From contig JAFMJV010000009.1 of the NCBI GenBank assembly GCA_017853275.1, positions 6,787 to 70,786 on the forward strand: a stretch of 64,000 nt of DNA, written 5' to 3'. The translations under genes and the position numbers were made by a program. The DNA is from Chloroflexota bacterium. GTDB taxonomy: Bacteria > Chloroflexota > Limnocylindria > Limnocylindrales > CSP1-4. Positions 37,996-47,382 of this stretch are shown piece by piece. The notes under the pieces were generated by a model. It saw only the letters and a program-made list of their open reading frames with translations, ran no database searches and was not told where the DNA came from. Position 1 is the stretch's first letter. The number at the start of each line of letters is the position of its first letter.

Positions 37996-38729
37996 TGGAC
38001 CCCGCCGCGGCGATGGGGTCGGGCGGCGCCGGTCCGGCGGCCGATGCCGTCGTCCCGCGCCACGTCGCCATCATCATGGATGGCAACCGGCGCTGGGCGC
38101 GGGAACGCGGCCTGCCGGATGGTCGTGGCCATTCCGCGGGCGTGGAGGCGATCCGTCCGATCGTCGAGCACTCGGTCGAGATCGGCGTCGAGATCCTCAC
38201 GATCTATGCCTTCAGCCGGGAGAACTGGTCGCGCACGAGCGACGAGGTGAGCCTCCTCATGGGCCTCCTCGAATCCGCGATCCGCGACGAGACGCCGCGT
38301 CTCGCGAAGCAGGGTGTCCGCGTCCGGGTCCTCGGCCGGATCGACGAGCTCTCCGAGGGGACCCGCACGGCGATCGACGACGGGATCCGTGCCACGGCGC
38401 ACGGGGCGCGGATGACGCTGAACGTGGCCTTCAACTACTCCTCGCGCACGGAGATCGTGGATGCCGTGCGCGGCCTCATCGCCGAAGGTGCGGATCCTGC
38501 GGCGGTGACGGAGGAGGCGGTCACGGCACGGCTCTACACCGCCGGCCTGCCGGACCCCGACCTCCTCATCCGGACGGGTGGAGACCAGCGGATCAGCAAC
38601 TTCCTCCTCTGGCAGGCGGCCTACGCGGAGCTCTACTTCTGCGACCGTTTCTGGCCGGACTTCGATCGCGCCGCGTACGCGGAGGCCCTCGCGGACTTCG
38701 CCCAGCGCGCCCGGCGCTTCGGCCGGTAG
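37995..38729 (+). CDS. uppS: isoprenyl transferase (undecaprenyl diphosphate synthase type)
   Basis: HVAIIMDGNRRWA, RTGGDQRISNFLLWQ cis-prenyltransferase motifs. Confidence 0.93.
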   Translation: MDPAAAMGSGGAGPAADAVVPRHVAIIMDGNRRWARERGLPDGRGHSAGVEAIRPIVEHSVEIGVEILTIYAFSRENWSRTSDEVSLLMGLLESAIRDETPRLAKQGVRVRVLGRIDELSEGTRTAIDDGIRATAHGARMTLNVAFNYSSRTEIVDAVRGLIAEGADPAAVTEEAVTARLYTAGLPDPDLLIRTGGDQRISNFLLWQAAYAELYFCDRFWPDFDRAAYAEALADFAQRARRFGR

Positions 38730-38735
38730 GGCAGC

Positions 38736-39584
38736 GTGCGGGAGCGGGTCCTTTCCGCCTTCCTCCTCGTCCCGGTCGTCGCCGGGGTCTTCCTCGCCGG
38801 GATGCCCTGGCTCGCGCTGGGGGTCGCGATCCTCGCCGCGCTCGCGGGGATCGAGCTCGTCCGTCTCGTCCGCGCGGCCGGGCTGGACGCGCCGGGCTGG
38901 ACCGGGACGGTCGTTCCGCCGCTCGTCGTGCTCGCCGTCGCCTTCCTGCCCCAGGTCGCGATCGCCCCCTTCCTCATCCTCGCCGCGGGCACGATCGCGG
39001 GGGCCCTCGCCGCCTTCCGCCACCCCGATCCCCGTGACGGCTGGCTCGCCTTCGCGGGTGGCATCGTGACGATGAGCTACGCGAGCCTGCTCGCGGCGCT
39101 CGCCGGGATCCTCGTCGCCGCACCGGCCGTTCCGGAGGGCGCACCGCTCCATGCGGTCCTCGACCCCGGGAGGGCGTGGCTCCTCGCGCTCGTCCTCGTC
39201 GTGTGGGGCTTCGACACCTTCGCCTACCTCGTCGGCCGGACGGTGGGACGCGGCCGCTTCCTCAACCACATCTCCCCGAAGAAGACCTGGAGCGGGGTGA
39301 TCGGCGGCGCGGTCGCGGCGGTCGTCATCGGGGCGGCGCTCGGCTGGGCGATCGGCGCGGGTCCCCTCGCCGGCGCGGTCGCGGGCCTCGTCATCGGGGT
39401 CACCGCGCAGGCCGGGGACGTCGCGGAATCGCTCGTCAAGCGCGCCGCGGGGGCGAAGGATTCCGGGACCCTCATCCCCGGGCACGGGGGGATCCTCGAC
39501 CGCGTGGATTCGTTCCTCTTCGCGGCCCCTGCGCTGTGGATCCTCCTCGTCCTCCAGGGCGCGCCCTGGCCGGTGGCGGGATGA
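38736..39584 (+). CDS. cdsA: phosphatidate cytidylyltransferase
   Basis: Multi-TM protein. SPKKTWSG and KDSGTLIPGHGGILDRVDS signature. Confidence 0.92.
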   Translation: MRERVLSAFLLVPVVAGVFLAGMPWLALGVAILAALAGIELVRLVRAAGLDAPGWTGTVVPPLVVLAVAFLPQVAIAPFLILAAGTIAGALAAFRHPDPRDGWLAFAGGIVTMSYASLLAALAGILVAAPAVPEGAPLHAVLDPGRAWLLALVLVVWGFDTFAYLVGRTVGRGRFLNHISPKKTWSGVIGGAVAAVVIGAALGWAIGAGPLAGAVAGLVIGVTAQAGDVAESLVKRAAGAKDSGTLIPGHGGILDRVDSFLFAAPALWILLVLQGAPWPVAG

Positions 39585-40801
39585 GCGGGGGCGCGCTGCG
39601 GATCGCGCTCCTCGGATCGACCGGGTCGATCGGCCGCCAGACGCTGGACGTGGTCGAGGAGGCCGGGCCCGATCGGTTCCGGGTCGTCTCCCTCGCGGCG
39701 GGCCGGGATGCCGCCACGCTCTCCGCTCAGGTCGCGCGCCATCGGCCGGCGGCGGTCGCCCTCGCGGATCGATCGGCGCGCTCGCAGCTCGACCTGCCGC
39801 CGGGGACGCGCCACGAGGAGGGGCCGGATGCGCTCGTCGCCCTCGCCACGGATCCCGCGGTGGATCTCGTCGTCGTGGCGACCGGTGGGACGGTCAGCCT
39901 GCGGCCGGTCCTCGCCGCCCTGACCGCGGGGAAGGTCGTGGCGATGGCGAACAAGGAGACGCTCGTCTGCGGGGGCCACCTCGTCATGCCGCTCGCCGTC
40001 CGGCGGGCCGCGGAGGTCGCTGCGCGGGACCGCTCCGACCCGATGGCGAGCCCGCTCGCCTGGGTGCGGCCGATCGACTCGGAGCACTCGGCCATCTGGC
40101 AGTGCCTCGCGGGCGAACGGATGGCAGAGGTCGCGCGCCTGATCCTCACCGCCTCCGGCGGCCCGTTCCGCGAGCGTCCGGTCGAGACGATGGACCGGAT
40201 CACCGTGGCGGAGGCGCTCGGCCACCCGACCTGGTCGATGGGCGCGAAGATCACGGTGGACTCGGCGACGATGATGAACAAGGGGCTGGAAGTGATCGAG
40301 GCGAGCCGGCTCTACGCGCTCCCGCTCGATGCCGTGGACGTCCTCATCCATCCCCAGAGCATCGTCCACTCGCTCGTCGAGTTCGTGGATGGATCCGTGA
40401 AGGCCCAGCTCGGCCTCCCGGATATGCGCATCCCGATCCAGTACTCGCTCACCTGGCCGCATCGCACCCCCGGCCCCGCCCCCCGGCTCGACCTCGCGGA
40501 GCGGAACAGCCTCACCTTCGCCGTCCCGGACGACGCCCGATTCCCGCTCCTCCCGATCGCGCGAGCGGCGGGAGCCGCCGGGCCACGGGCCTCCACCGCG
40601 CTCATCGCCGCGGACGAGGTCGCCGTGGAGCGCTTCCTCGCGGGTGCCCTCCGCTACCCGGGGATCGCGCGCCTCGTGGGGTCGGCGGTGGAGCGGTTCG
40701 GATCCGGCGGCGACCCGTCGCTGGAGGAAGTGATGGCGCTCGATGACGCGGTCCGTGCCTGGGCCGCGGGAGCGGATGAGAACGGGAGGGTCGCGGCATG
40801 A
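39581..40801 (+). CDS. dxr: 1-deoxy-D-xylulose 5-phosphate reductoisomerase
   Basis: LLGSTGSIGRQTL NADPH motif, NKETLV, DSEHSAI. ATGA overlap with cdsA. ORF-track start 39176 rejected. Confidence 0.94.
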   Translation: MSGGALRIALLGSTGSIGRQTLDVVEEAGPDRFRVVSLAAGRDAATLSAQVARHRPAAVALADRSARSQLDLPPGTRHEEGPDALVALATDPAVDLVVVATGGTVSLRPVLAALTAGKVVAMANKETLVCGGHLVMPLAVRRAAEVAARDRSDPMASPLAWVRPIDSEHSAIWQCLAGERMAEVARLILTASGGPFRERPVETMDRITVAEALGHPTWSMGAKITVDSATMMNKGLEVIEASRLYALPLDAVDVLIHPQSIVHSLVEFVDGSVKAQLGLPDMRIPIQYSLTWPHRTPGPAPRLDLAERNSLTFAVPDDARFPLLPIARAAGAAGPRASTALIAADEVAVERFLAGALRYPGIARLVGSAVERFGSGGDPSLEEVMALDDAVRAWAAGADENGRVAA

Positions 40802-41925
40802 TCGACGGGCTGATCAGCATCGTCATCCTCCTCGCGATCCTCGTCGCGCTCGTCGTCATCCACGAGCTCGGTCACTTCGTCGCCGCGCGCCGGGCCGGTG
40901 TCCGGGTCCACGAGTTCGGGATCGGCTTCCCGCCCCGCGCCTTCATCTTCCACCGGGGGAAGGAGACCCTCTGGACGCTGAACTGGCTGCCGATCGGCGG
41001 CTTCGTGCGTCTCGAATCGGAGGAAGGGGAGTCGGCGGACCCCCGGGCCTTCGTGAACGCCCGGCTCCGGACGCGGATCCTCATCCTCCTCGCCGGTGTG
41101 GCGATGAACGCGATCCTTGCGTGGCTCATCTTCACCGCGATCGCCTGGTTCGGCGACCCGATCGTGGAGGCGCGGATCCGGAGCGTCGGGGAGGGATCGC
41201 CCGCGGCCGTGGCGGGGATCGTGGGCGACCGGGTGACCGGGACGGACGCGGAAGGGGAGCCGGTCTACGACGAGAGCGGGGACACGATCGTCGCGATCGA
41301 CGGCATGCGCTTCCCCTTCTTCGACCACCTCGAGACGCTCGCCGGGAGCACGCCCCAGGGGGCCGCGCTCCGCGCGAAGGCGGGCGAGACGGTCGTGCTC
41401 ACCCTCCGGCGCGCGGACGGGTCGCTCACGGAGGTGAGCGCCACCCTGCGCCCACCCGATCAGCTCGAGAAGGGCGCGCTCGGGGTGACCTTCGCTGCGC
41501 TCCCGCTCGGGGACGACCTCCAGCGCGGCCCGCTCGAGGCGGCGGCGGTCGGACTGGAACGGACGCTCGATGCCGCGACCCTCATCCTCCGTGGCGTGGG
41601 TGAGCTGATCGGGAACCTCGGGGACCCGCAGGTCGCCGGCCCGGTCGGGATGGTCGCCTCGGTCGGCGCCCTCCGGGCGGAGTGGCCGCCGGTCTTCCTC
41701 CTCTGGTTCATCGGCCTCCTCTCCGCGAACCTGGCGGTCATCAACCTGCTCCCGTTCCCGCCCATGGACGGGGGCCGGATCGCGATGGCGCTGGCGATCC
41801 GCGCGGCGGGCGGCCGGATCACCCCCGCGCTGGAGCGGGGCGTCTACCTGACCGGCTTCCTCATCCTCATGGGGCTGCTCGTCTGGATCACGATCTTCGA
41901 TGTCAGGAGGCTCGGCGGCGGATGA
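40798..41925 (+). CDS. rseP: RIP site-2 metalloprotease (M50, RseP-like)
   Basis: HELGHF zinc motif, PDZ segment, C-terminal LPFPPMDGG. Confidence 0.92.
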   Translation: MIDGLISIVILLAILVALVVIHELGHFVAARRAGVRVHEFGIGFPPRAFIFHRGKETLWTLNWLPIGGFVRLESEEGESADPRAFVNARLRTRILILLAGVAMNAILAWLIFTAIAWFGDPIVEARIRSVGEGSPAAVAGIVGDRVTGTDAEGEPVYDESGDTIVAIDGMRFPFFDHLETLAGSTPQGAALRAKAGETVVLTLRRADGSLTEVSATLRPPDQLEKGALGVTFAALPLGDDLQRGPLEAAAVGLERTLDAATLILRGVGELIGNLGDPQVAGPVGMVASVGALRAEWPPVFLLWFIGLLSANLAVINLLPFPPMDGGRIAMALAIRAAGGRITPALERGVYLTGFLILMGLLVWITIFDVRRLGGG

Positions 41926-43166
41926 GCGACGGAGGGAAGCCCGTGCGCCGGCGCACGGCCACGGTGACGGTGGGGGACGTGCGGATCGGGTCGGACCATC
42001 CGGTCGTCGTCCAGTCGATGACGAACACGGATACCGCCGACCCGCACGGGACGGCGCTCCAGGTCGCGCGCCTCGCCCACGCGGGGAGCGAGCTCGTCCG
42101 GATCACCGTGAACAACGACCGGGCGGCGGCGGCCGTCCCGGAGATCCGGCGCCGGCTGGACGATCTCGGCGTCCCGGTCCCGCTCATCGGCGACTTCCAC
42201 TACAACGGCCACCAGCTCCTCGTGGAGTACCCGGAGATGGCCCGGGCCCTCGCCAAGTACCGGATCAACCCGGGCAACGTGGGCGCCAAGCGCCACGACG
42301 AGAACTTCCAGACGATCGTGCGCGTCGCGGTGGAGAACGGGAAGCCGGTGCGCATCGGGGTGAACTGGGGCTCGCTCGACCAGGCCCTCCTCACCGAGCT
42401 GATGGACGCGAACGCGCGCGCGGCGAAGCCGGTCGATGCCCGCTCCGTGATGATCGAGGCGATGCTCCAGTCCGCGCTCCGCTCCGCGGAGATGGCCGAG
42501 GCGACCGGCCTCGCCCACGACCGGATCATCATCAGCGCGAAGGTCTCCCAGGTCCGCGACCTCGTCGATGTCTACCGGCTCCTCGCCGCCCGCTGCGACC
42601 ACCCGCTCCACCTCGGCCTGACGGAGGCGGGGATGGGGATGAAGGGGATCGTCGCCTCGGCGGCGGGCCTCTCGATCCTCCTCGACGAGGGGATCGGAGA
42701 CACGATCCGCGTCTCGCTCACGCCGCAGCCCGGCGGGGACCGGAGCGAGGAGGTCCTCGTCGCGCAGCAGGTCCTCCAGTCGCTCGGGCTCCGCTCTTTC
42801 CTGCCCCAGGTCTCCGCCTGCCCCGGCTGCGGCCGGACCACGAGCACCTTCTTCCAGGAGATGGCGGAGCGGATCCAGGGATACCTCCGCGACCAGATGC
42901 CGATCTGGGCGGAGCGCTATCCGGGCGTGGAGGAGATGCGCGTCGCCGTCATGGGCTGTGTCGTCAACGGCCCGGGGGAGTCGAAGCACGCCGATATCGG
43001 GATCAGCCTCCCCGGCACCTTCGAGGAGCCGGTCGCCCCGGTCTTCGTGGATGGTGCGCTGCGCACGACGCTCCGCGGCGAGGGGCTCGTGGACGACTTC
43101 ATCACGATCCTGGACGACTACGTCGCGCGGCGCTACGGGAGCGGAGCACCCGCGGCAGCGGTCTGA
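41922..43166 (+). CDS. ispG: 4-hydroxy-3-methylbut-2-en-1-yl diphosphate synthase
   Basis: [12 protein letters not shown]-terminal SCPGCGRT and GCVVNGPGE Fe-S cysteines. ATGA overlap with rseP. Confidence 0.94.
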   Translation: MSDGGKPVRRRTATVTVGDVRIGSDHPVVVQSMTNTDTADPHGTALQVARLAHAGSELVRITVNNDRAAAAVPEIRRRLDDLGVPVPLIGDFHYNGHQLLVEYPEMARALAKYRINPGNVGAKRHDENFQTIVRVAVENGKPVRIGVNWGSLDQALLTELMDANARAAKPVDARSVMIEAMLQSALRSAEMAEATGLAHDRIIISAKVSQVRDLVDVYRLLAARCDHPLHLGLTEAGMGMKGIVASAAGLSILLDEGIGDTIRVSLTPQPGGDRSEEVLVAQQVLQSLGLRSFLPQVSACPGCGRTTSTFFQEMAERIQGYLRDQMPIWAERYPGVEEMRVAVMGCVVNGPGESKHADIGISLPGTFEEPVAPVFVDGALRTTLRGEGLVDDFITILDDYVARRYGSGAPAAAV

Positions 43167-43176
43167 GGGCGGCCGC

Positions 43177-44151
43177 TCAGGGCCAGTCCGGGACGGATCC
43201 CAGCCAGCGCGCGAGCCCTGCGTACGTGGGGCGGTAGAAGGCCCGCACGCGCTCGATCGTCGCGGGGTCGATCGGCTCGCCGCGCAGCGCGCGCCGGTTC
43301 CGGTGCGCCTCCGTCACCACGGGTGCCGGCGCCAGGCCGAGATGCGCCCAGACGCGGGCGAGCTCGCTCGCCGGGTCCGCGAAGAGCCGCTCGCTCTGGA
43401 GGACGAGGAGCCGGCCGGCAGGGAGGGCGGCCTCCCAGCGGAGGAGCTGGCGCTCGTAGAGGCCGCGGACCAGGTAGGAGCCGTGGCGCTGGGCCTCCCC
43501 GGGCGCGCGCCTGCCGGAGCCACCGGACCCCTCCGGCTCGTCCTCGTCATCGAAGGACTCCTCCCGGAAGGCCTCCAGCTCGTCCGCCCGACCGGCTTCC
43601 AGGAGCGCGAGCTCGGCTGCCGCCACCACATCGAAGGGTCGCTCCTCCGCGCCGCGCCGGCGCCGGATGTTCCAGTGGCTGATCGCGCGCGCCGCGGGGT
43701 CGCGCAGGAGGGCGATGCAGCGGACGTCCGGCAGGTCGGCGGCGACCCGCGCGGGCGTCTCGGGGTCGGCGAGGTAGAAGGGGCTCTTCTCGCCGGCGAG
43801 GGCGGGGCCCCGGCCGGCGGCGATCGCCGCGCGGCGGTCGGCGGCGGTGGGCATCTGGAGCCGGTACCAGCCGAGCCCGAGCGCGTGGCGCGGTCCATCG
43901 AAGAAGTGCACCTCACGGCGCGGGAAGCCGAGGACGCCCGGATGCCCGGCGAGGTGCTCCACGAGGGTCGTGGTCCCCGCGCGCGCCGCGCCGATGATGA
44001 GGAAGTCGGGAAGGACGTGGCGACCCCCGAAGAGGAGCCCCTCGATCCGGCCGCGCCGGCCTCCCGGCGTGAGCGGCCGCTTGCGTGCCATCCGGCTGCT
44101 GCGCCCTCGCGTTCGGCGTCGCAGGGACCCGGCGGGCGCGCCCGGACGCAT
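43177..44151 (-). CDS. PAPS-dependent sulfotransferase (Sulfotransfer_1-like, acceptor unknown)
   Basis: PDFLIIGAARAGTTTL 5'-PSB loop, EVHFFD, LLRDPAARAISHW 3'-PB motif. Lone minus-strand gene. ATG 44151 favoured by the promoter position; ATG 44091 is an alternative. Confidence 0.8.
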   Translation of the reverse strand: MRPGAPAGSLRRRTRGRSSRMARKRPLTPGGRRGRIEGLLFGGRHVLPDFLIIGAARAGTTTLVEHLAGHPGVLGFPRREVHFFDGPRHALGLGWYRLQMPTAADRRAAIAAGRGPALAGEKSPFYLADPETPARVAADLPDVRCIALLRDPAARAISHWNIRRRRGAEERPFDVVAAAELALLEAGRADELEAFREESFDDEDEPEGSGGSGRRAPGEAQRHGSYLVRGLYERQLLRWEAALPAGRLLVLQSERLFADPASELARVWAHLGLAPAPVVTEAHRNRRALRGEPIDPATIERVRAFYRPTYAGLARWLGSVPDWP

Positions 44152-44155
44152 CGGC

Positions 44156-44165
44156 TACGATACCA
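44156..44165. promoter_or_regulatory. TACGATACCA element: extended -10 TGGTATCGT on the minus strand 5 nt from the sulfotransferase ATG 44151; TACGAT on the plus strand toward proS
   Basis: Minus strand reads TGGTATCGT-AGCCG-ATG. Plus strand reads TACGAT, then a 33-nt leader with GGAGG before GTG 44195. Confidence 0.4.
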
Positions 44166-44194
44166 GCCGTCCTTGCAGCCCCCGCGGAGGCCCC

Positions 44195-45655
44195 GTGTCC
44201 CAGAGCGGTTTCGTCAGCAGCATCACCCGCCAGTCCGAGGACTTCCCCGGCTGGTACAACGACGTCGTCCTCAAGGCGGAGCTCGCGTCGTACTCCCCGG
44301 TCCGGGGCTGCATGATCATCCGCCCCTACGGGTACGCGATCTGGGAGTCGATGCGCGATGAGCTCGACCGCCACATCAAGCGGACCGGGCACTCGAACGT
44401 CTACTTCCCCCTCTTCGTGCCGCGCTCCCTCCTGGAGAAGGAGGCCGAGCACGTCGAGGGCTTCAACCCCCAGGTGGCATGGGTCACCCACGCGGGCGGC
44501 AAGGAGCTCGACGAGTGGCTGGCGATCCGGCCCACGAGCGAGACGATCATCGCGGACTCGGTGAAGGACTGGATCCAGTCCTACCGCGACCTGCCGCTCC
44601 TCCTCAACCTGTGGAACAACGTCGTCCGCTGGGAGCTGCGCACGCGGCTCTTCCTGCGCACCGCGGAGTTCCTGTGGCAGGAGGCGCACACCTTCCACGC
44701 CACGGAGGAGGAGGCGGCCGAGGAGGTCGCCACCGGCCTCGCGGCCTACGTGTCGGTGGCGGAGGACTGGCTGGCGATCCCCGTCCTCCAGGGGGTGAAG
44801 AGCCCTGCGGAGACCTTCCCCGGCGCGGTCTACACCCACGCGATCGAGGCGATGATGCGCGATCGCAAGGCGCTCCAGGCGGGCACCAGCCACATGCTCG
44901 GCCAGAACTTCGCGAAGGCCGCGGGGATCGAGTTCCTCGACCGCGACAACATCCGGAAGCATCCGTGGGGGACCTCCTGGGGCTTCTCGACCCGGATGGT
45001 CGGCGCGACGATCATGGCCCACGGCGACGACTCCGGGCTCGTCCTGCCCCCGAACGTGGCGCCGCTCCAGCTCGTCATCGTCCCGATCTTCCGGACCGAG
45101 GAGGACCGGCGCGCGGTGGCGGGCGCGATCGAGACGCTCGAGGCCTCCCTGCGCGACGTCCAGACCGTCTCCGGGCCGCTCCGCTTCAAGGTGGACTGGC
45201 GGGAGGAGTCCCCGGGCTTCAAGTACAACCACTGGGAGCTCCGCGGCGTCCCGCTCCGCCTCGAGGTCGGGCCGCGGGACGTGGCGAGCGGCCAGGGTGT
45301 CCTCGTCCGGCGCGTCGATCGCGTGAAGGAGCCGATCCCGCTCGCCGGGCTCGCCGCCGAGCTCCCCGGCCGGCTCGCCGGCTACCAGCGGGACCTCCTC
45401 GACCGGGCGCGCTCGTTCCGTGACGCGGCCACCTTCCGCGTCGATACGCTCGGCGAGATGTCCGAGATCCTGGACGGGGAGGGGGGCTTCCTCCTCGCCC
45501 CCTGGTGCGGATCGGCGGAGTGCGAGAAGGAGGTCTCCGCGAAGACGGGCGCCACCACGCGCGTCATCCCCTTCGACGCTCCGGACGAGGGCGGTGCGTG
45601 CGTCATCGACGGCCGTCCCTCCACCCGGCGGGTCGTCTTCGCGCGCGCCTACTGA
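44195..45655 (+). CDS. proS: prolyl-tRNA synthetase (archaeal/eukaryote-like short type)
   Basis: 486 aa. Class II motifs, no INS editing insertion, C-terminal Cys-rich domain ending ..ARAY. GTG 44195 after GGAGG 44186-44190. Confidence 0.92.
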   Translation: MSQSGFVSSITRQSEDFPGWYNDVVLKAELASYSPVRGCMIIRPYGYAIWESMRDELDRHIKRTGHSNVYFPLFVPRSLLEKEAEHVEGFNPQVAWVTHAGGKELDEWLAIRPTSETIIADSVKDWIQSYRDLPLLLNLWNNVVRWELRTRLFLRTAEFLWQEAHTFHATEEEAAEEVATGLAAYVSVAEDWLAIPVLQGVKSPAETFPGAVYTHAIEAMMRDRKALQAGTSHMLGQNFAKAAGIEFLDRDNIRKHPWGTSWGFSTRMVGATIMAHGDDSGLVLPPNVAPLQLVIVPIFRTEEDRRAVAGAIETLEASLRDVQTVSGPLRFKVDWREESPGFKYNHWELRGVPLRLEVGPRDVASGQGVLVRRVDRVKEPIPLAGLAAELPGRLAGYQRDLLDRARSFRDAATFRVDTLGEMSEILDGEGGFLLAPWCGSAECEKEVSAKTGATTRVIPFDAPDEGGACVIDGRPSTRRVVFARAY

Positions 45656-45722
45656 GCCCCGCCCGCGGGCCCCGGCCGGGCGCCGCGCGGGCGGCCCGGA
45701 CCCGGCGGGAGCCTCCCGCCTG

Positions 45723-45731
45723 TGGTAACCT
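45723..45731 (+). promoter_or_regulatory. candidate extended -10 TGGTAACCT (nusA promoter)
   Basis: TGnTAnnnT pattern in the proS-nusA spacer. Confidence 0.35.
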
Positions 45732-45757
45732 TGCGGTTCTTCGAGACCGGCCGCCTG

Positions 45758-45780
45758 AGACGTGGGTGACCCCCACGTCT
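45758..45780 (+). terminator. terminator/attenuator-like hairpin in the nusA leader
   Basis: AGACGTGGG-tgacc-CCCACGTCT, a 9-bp stem followed by TT, between the candidate promoter and the nusA SD. Confidence 0.35.
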
Positions 45781-45829
45781 TTCCATGCCGGGGCTCCATG
45801 GTCCGGGTCCGATCGGGAGGTGCCGCAAC

Positions 45830-47071
45830 GTGAATCGCGACTTCATCGGCGCCCTCCTCCAGCTGAACGCAGAGAAGGGCGTCCCGCGCGAGCAGCTCGT
45901 GCGGACCGTCGAGGACGCCATCCAGTCCGCCTACCGGCGGGTGGCGCCGGGCTATGAGGACGTCTTCGTCTCCCTGGATATCGAGACCGGGAAGATCCGC
46001 GTCTACCGCGCCCACCGGGTCGTGCTCGAGGTGGAGGACCCCTTCACCGAGTGGACCCTGGACGAGGCGCAGGCCCATCGGCCGGATGCGCAGGTCGGGG
46101 ATCTCATCGAGACCGAAGAGCTCGATCCGGATCATTTCGGCCGCGTCGGCGCCCAGGTCGCCGGCCAGGTCATCCGCCAGCGCCTTCGCGAGGCGGAGCG
46201 GGACACCGTCTTCGAGGAGTTCGCGCATCGCGAGGGCGATGTGATCACCGGTGCGGTGACGCGCGTCGAGCGCCACGGCGTGATCCTCAACCTCGGCAAG
46301 GCGGACGCGATCCTCCCGGCCACGGACCAGTCGGCCACGGAGCACTACCGGATCGGCCAGCACGTGAAGGCCTACGTGATGGAGGTCCGCCGCACGCCGC
46401 GGGGCCCGCTCATCACCGTCAGCCGGACGCACCGCAACTTCCTGCGCCGGATCTTCGAGCTGGAGGTGCCGGAGATCGGCTCCGGCGTCGTGGAGATCAA
46501 GGCGATCGCCCGTGAGGCGGGGAGCCGGAGCAAGGTCGCCGTCCACAGCCGCCAGGAGGGCCTGGACCCGGTCGGCGCCACGGTCGGGCAGCGCGGTGCG
46601 CGCGTCCAGGCGGTCGTCGCGGAGCTCGGCGGCGAGAAGATCGACGTCATCCCCTGGAGCGAGGACCCGGCCGCCTTCGTGGCCAACGCCCTCTCGCCCG
46701 CCCAGGTCGTGGGCGTGGAGATCCACGAGGAGGAGCGTGTCGCGACCGTCACGGTCCCCGAGCGGATGCTCTCGCTCGCCATCGGCCGCGAAGGCCAGAA
46801 CGCCCGCCTTGCCGCCAAGCTGACCGGCTGGCGGATCGATATCCGTTCCGACCAGGCGCCGCGCCCGGAGGCCGCGCCGGCCGAGGCCGACGCAGACGCC
46901 GCGGTGGCGGCTGCCGTCGTGGAGGAAGCGCCTGCCGCGGAGGCGGCGGCGCCGGCGAGCCCCGTCGCAGAGCCCGTGCCGGCCGAGGCGCCCGCCGCCG
47001 AGGCTGCGCCGGCCAAGCCCCGCCGCCGGACCACGAAGAAGGCCGAGACGGAGCCGGAGGTGGCGTCGTAG
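45830..47071 (+). CDS. nusA: transcription termination/antitermination factor NusA
   Basis: N-terminus VNRDFIGALLQLNAEKGVPRE, S1, two KH domains (IGREGQNARLA), Ala/Pro/Glu tail. GTG 45830 lies 9 nt after GGGAGG. Confidence 0.92.
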   Translation: MNRDFIGALLQLNAEKGVPREQLVRTVEDAIQSAYRRVAPGYEDVFVSLDIETGKIRVYRAHRVVLEVEDPFTEWTLDEAQAHRPDAQVGDLIETEELDPDHFGRVGAQVAGQVIRQRLREAERDTVFEEFAHREGDVITGAVTRVERHGVILNLGKADAILPATDQSATEHYRIGQHVKAYVMEVRRTPRGPLITVSRTHRNFLRRIFELEVPEIGSGVVEIKAIAREAGSRSKVAVHSRQEGLDPVGATVGQRGARVQAVVAELGGEKIDVIPWSEDPAAFVANALSPAQVVGVEIHEEERVATVTVPERMLSLAIGREGQNARLAAKLTGWRIDIRSDQAPRPEAAPAEADADAAVAAAVVEEAPAAEAAAPASPVAEPVPAEAPAAEAAPAKPRRRTTKKAETEPEVAS

Positions 47072-47124
47072 CCGCCCTCATCGCGGCGGAGGCGCCGCGC
47101 CCCCGAACCCCCGCCCGCACCTGC

Positions 47125-47382
47125 GTGGCCTGCCGGACCGAGCGCGCGAAGGGCACGCTCGTCCGCGTGGTCCGGACCCCTGCGGGCATCATCACCCTCG
47201 ATCCCACCGGCCGGATGCCCGGGCGCGGCGCCTATCTGTGCGCCGACGACGCCTGCATCCGGCTCGCCCTGCGCCGGTCCGCCCTCGAGCGGGCGCTCGG
47301 TGCAGCCCTCTCCCCCGAGCTGCGGAGCCGGCTCGAGCAGGGGGTCTCCGCCGTGCTCCAGGGAGGTCGCGATGGCGCGTAG
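47125..47382 (+). CDS. ylxR: YlxR/DUF448 family RNA-binding protein
   Basis: C-ACRTERAKGTLVRVVRTPAG..GRGAYLC motif. The first canonical start is GTG 47125, but the conserved RTC lies upstream. See finding. Confidence 0.8.
   Translation: MACRTERAKGTLVRVVRTPAGIITLDPTGRMPGRGAYLCADDACIRLALRRSALERALGAALSPELRSRLEQGVSAVLQGGRDGA

Noticed and set aside
43164-43179. GCGGCCGC palindrome between ispG and the inverted sulfotransferase, considered as an attachment or recombination site
   Set aside because: GCGGCCGC-type palindromes are frequent in this GC-rich sequence (e.g. twice at 52743-52763). There is no matching copy at the other end of the gene, and no integrase or transposase is nearby.
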